DNA from: Candidatus Binataceae bacterium
GTDB taxonomy: Bacteria; Desulfobacterota; Binatia; Binatales; Binataceae
Direction: 5' to 3'
NCBI GenBank assembly: GCA_015478645.1
Contig: JADMIL010000007.1
Coordinates: 3,356 to 67,355 of the forward strand
Length of the DNA: 64,000 nucleotides
Made by a program: the position numbers and the translations under genes. Shown in pieces: positions 63,218-64,000 of the stretch. The notes under the pieces were generated by a model, which saw nothing but the letters and a program-made list of their open reading frames with translations, was not told where the DNA came from and did no database searches. Numbering within the stretch: the first letter of the stretch is position 1; every line of letters begins with the position of its first letter.

Positions 63218-64000
63218 ATGAGCGGTTTCGCCGTAATCCATCATCTGGACGGCCGCCCCGTGGAGCGCGGCACGCTCGAGCGGATGCTAGCCGCGATCGC
63301 CCATCGCGGACCCGACGGCCGCGGTATCTGGAGCGCGGGCGCGATCGCGATGGGCTTTGCGGCGTTCCATACGACGCCCGAGGCGGTGCACGAATCGCAG
63401 CCGCTGGCCGACGCGGCCGGGCGCATGCGGATCGTATTCGACGGACGGGTCGATAATCGCGAGGAGCTGGCGGCGGCGATCAGCGCCCGGGGCGCGGCGC
63501 CGCGCGACGACACCGACGCCGAGCTGGCGCTGTGCGCCTATCGATGCTTCGGCGACCAGGCTCCACTTAGAATTATCGGCGACTTCGCCTTCGTGGTGTG
63601 GGACGCCGAGCGGCGCGAACTGTTTTGCGCGCGCGATCCGATCGGGATCCGCATGTTCCATTACTGGTGCGACGGCCGCACGTTCGTGGCCGCGACCGAA
63701 CTACAGCAACTCTTCGAATATCCGGGAATGCCGGCCGAGCCCGACGAGGGCGTCGTCGGCGAGTACCTGGCGGGCACGCTGATGGGACGCGAGGCGACGC
63801 TGTTTCGCGGCCTCAAGCGGCTCCCCGCGGCCCATCTGATGGTGGTGCGCGGCGACGGTCCGCGGGTGCGGCGATATTTCGATCTGCTGCCGCGCGAATC
63901 GATAACCTATCGCGACGATACCGAGTATGCCGAGCATTTCCGCGGCCTGTTTGCCGAGGCGGTGCGATGCCGGATGCGCAGCGTGGGCGGCGTCGGCGCG
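63218..64000 (+). CDS. Lasso peptide isopeptide bond-forming cyclase (asparagine synthetase B-like); 3' end truncated by window edge
   Basis: An ATG at 63218 opens an ORF in frame 2 to the end of the window. It is absent from the ORF track because it has no stop. The AsnB N-terminal domain pattern is MSGFAVIHHLDG...AHRGPDG...DGRVDN...YLAG. Confidence 0.7.
   Translation, partial: MSGFAVIHHLDGRPVERGTLERMLAAIAHRGPDGRGIWSAGAIAMGFAAFHTTPEAVHESQPLADAAGRMRIVFDGRVDNREELAAAISARGAAPRDDTDAELALCAYRCFGDQAPLRIIGDFAFVVWDAERRELFCARDPIGIRMFHYWCDGRTFVAATELQQLFEYPGMPAEPDEGVVGEYLAGTLMGREATLFRGLKRLPAAHLMVVRGDGPRVRRYFDLLPRESITYRDDTEYAEHFRGLFAEAVRCRMRSVGGVGA

Noticed and set aside
1-64000. CRISPR arrays, rRNA, tRNA, integrases and transposases.
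   Set aside because: I saw no regularly spaced short repeats, no tRNA-like cloverleaf candidates in the intergenic spacers and no recombinase-like ORFs. The only repeats found are the palindromic intergenic elements and short tandem or direct repeats listed above.

Overview
This is a GC-rich (roughly two-thirds G+C) window from a diderm bacterium, shown by a full-length LptD. It is densely coding on both strands. No rRNA, tRNA or CRISPR array was recognised by eye. The long, Arg-rich ORFs in the six-frame track that lie antisense to real genes are GC-driven artefacts.

The core housekeeping block is a complete trpE-trpG-trpD-trpC-trpF-trpB-trpA operon on the minus strand, followed by accD-folC-lptD. 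The operon is preceded by a classic attenuator: a 28-codon leader peptide with three Trp codons, then a GC hairpin and U-tract. Other housekeeping genes are argS with a downstream SPOR-domain protein, thiC-bcp, a RecD2-like helicase and bioD.

The rest is rich in aromatic and organic-acid catabolism genes:
- a Rieske oxygenase alpha and beta subunit with an intervening small ORF;
- several LLM-class oxidoreductases, two amidohydrolase-2 enzymes, cupins and VOC/glyoxalase-fold proteins;
- an intradiol dioxygenase, an HpaB-family monooxygenase and tandem crotonases;
- three MFS transporters.

The most interesting loci are:
1. A truncated lasso-peptide biosynthetic cluster at the 3' edge: PqqD-like B1, transglutaminase-like B2 and an AsnB-like cyclase running off the window. 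It sits next to an MMPL/RND transporter, and no convincing precursor gene is visible.
2. A non-canonical four-gene cluster of TcuA-like flavoprotein, PEP-mutase/isocitrate-lyase-family lyase, a second TcuA-like flavoprotein and a PrpF-family isomerase.
3. A family of roughly 90-115-bp nested palindromic intergenic repeats, present in three copies.
4. An inverted-order rhodanese-ThiF fusion two genes from thiC.
5. Tandem paralogous Cys-rich lipoproteins.
6. A low-GC, compositionally foreign ORF after recD2.
7. A DUF433/DUF5615 toxin-antitoxin pair.

All calls rest on motif and architecture recognition from the translated ORFs. No database search was run.
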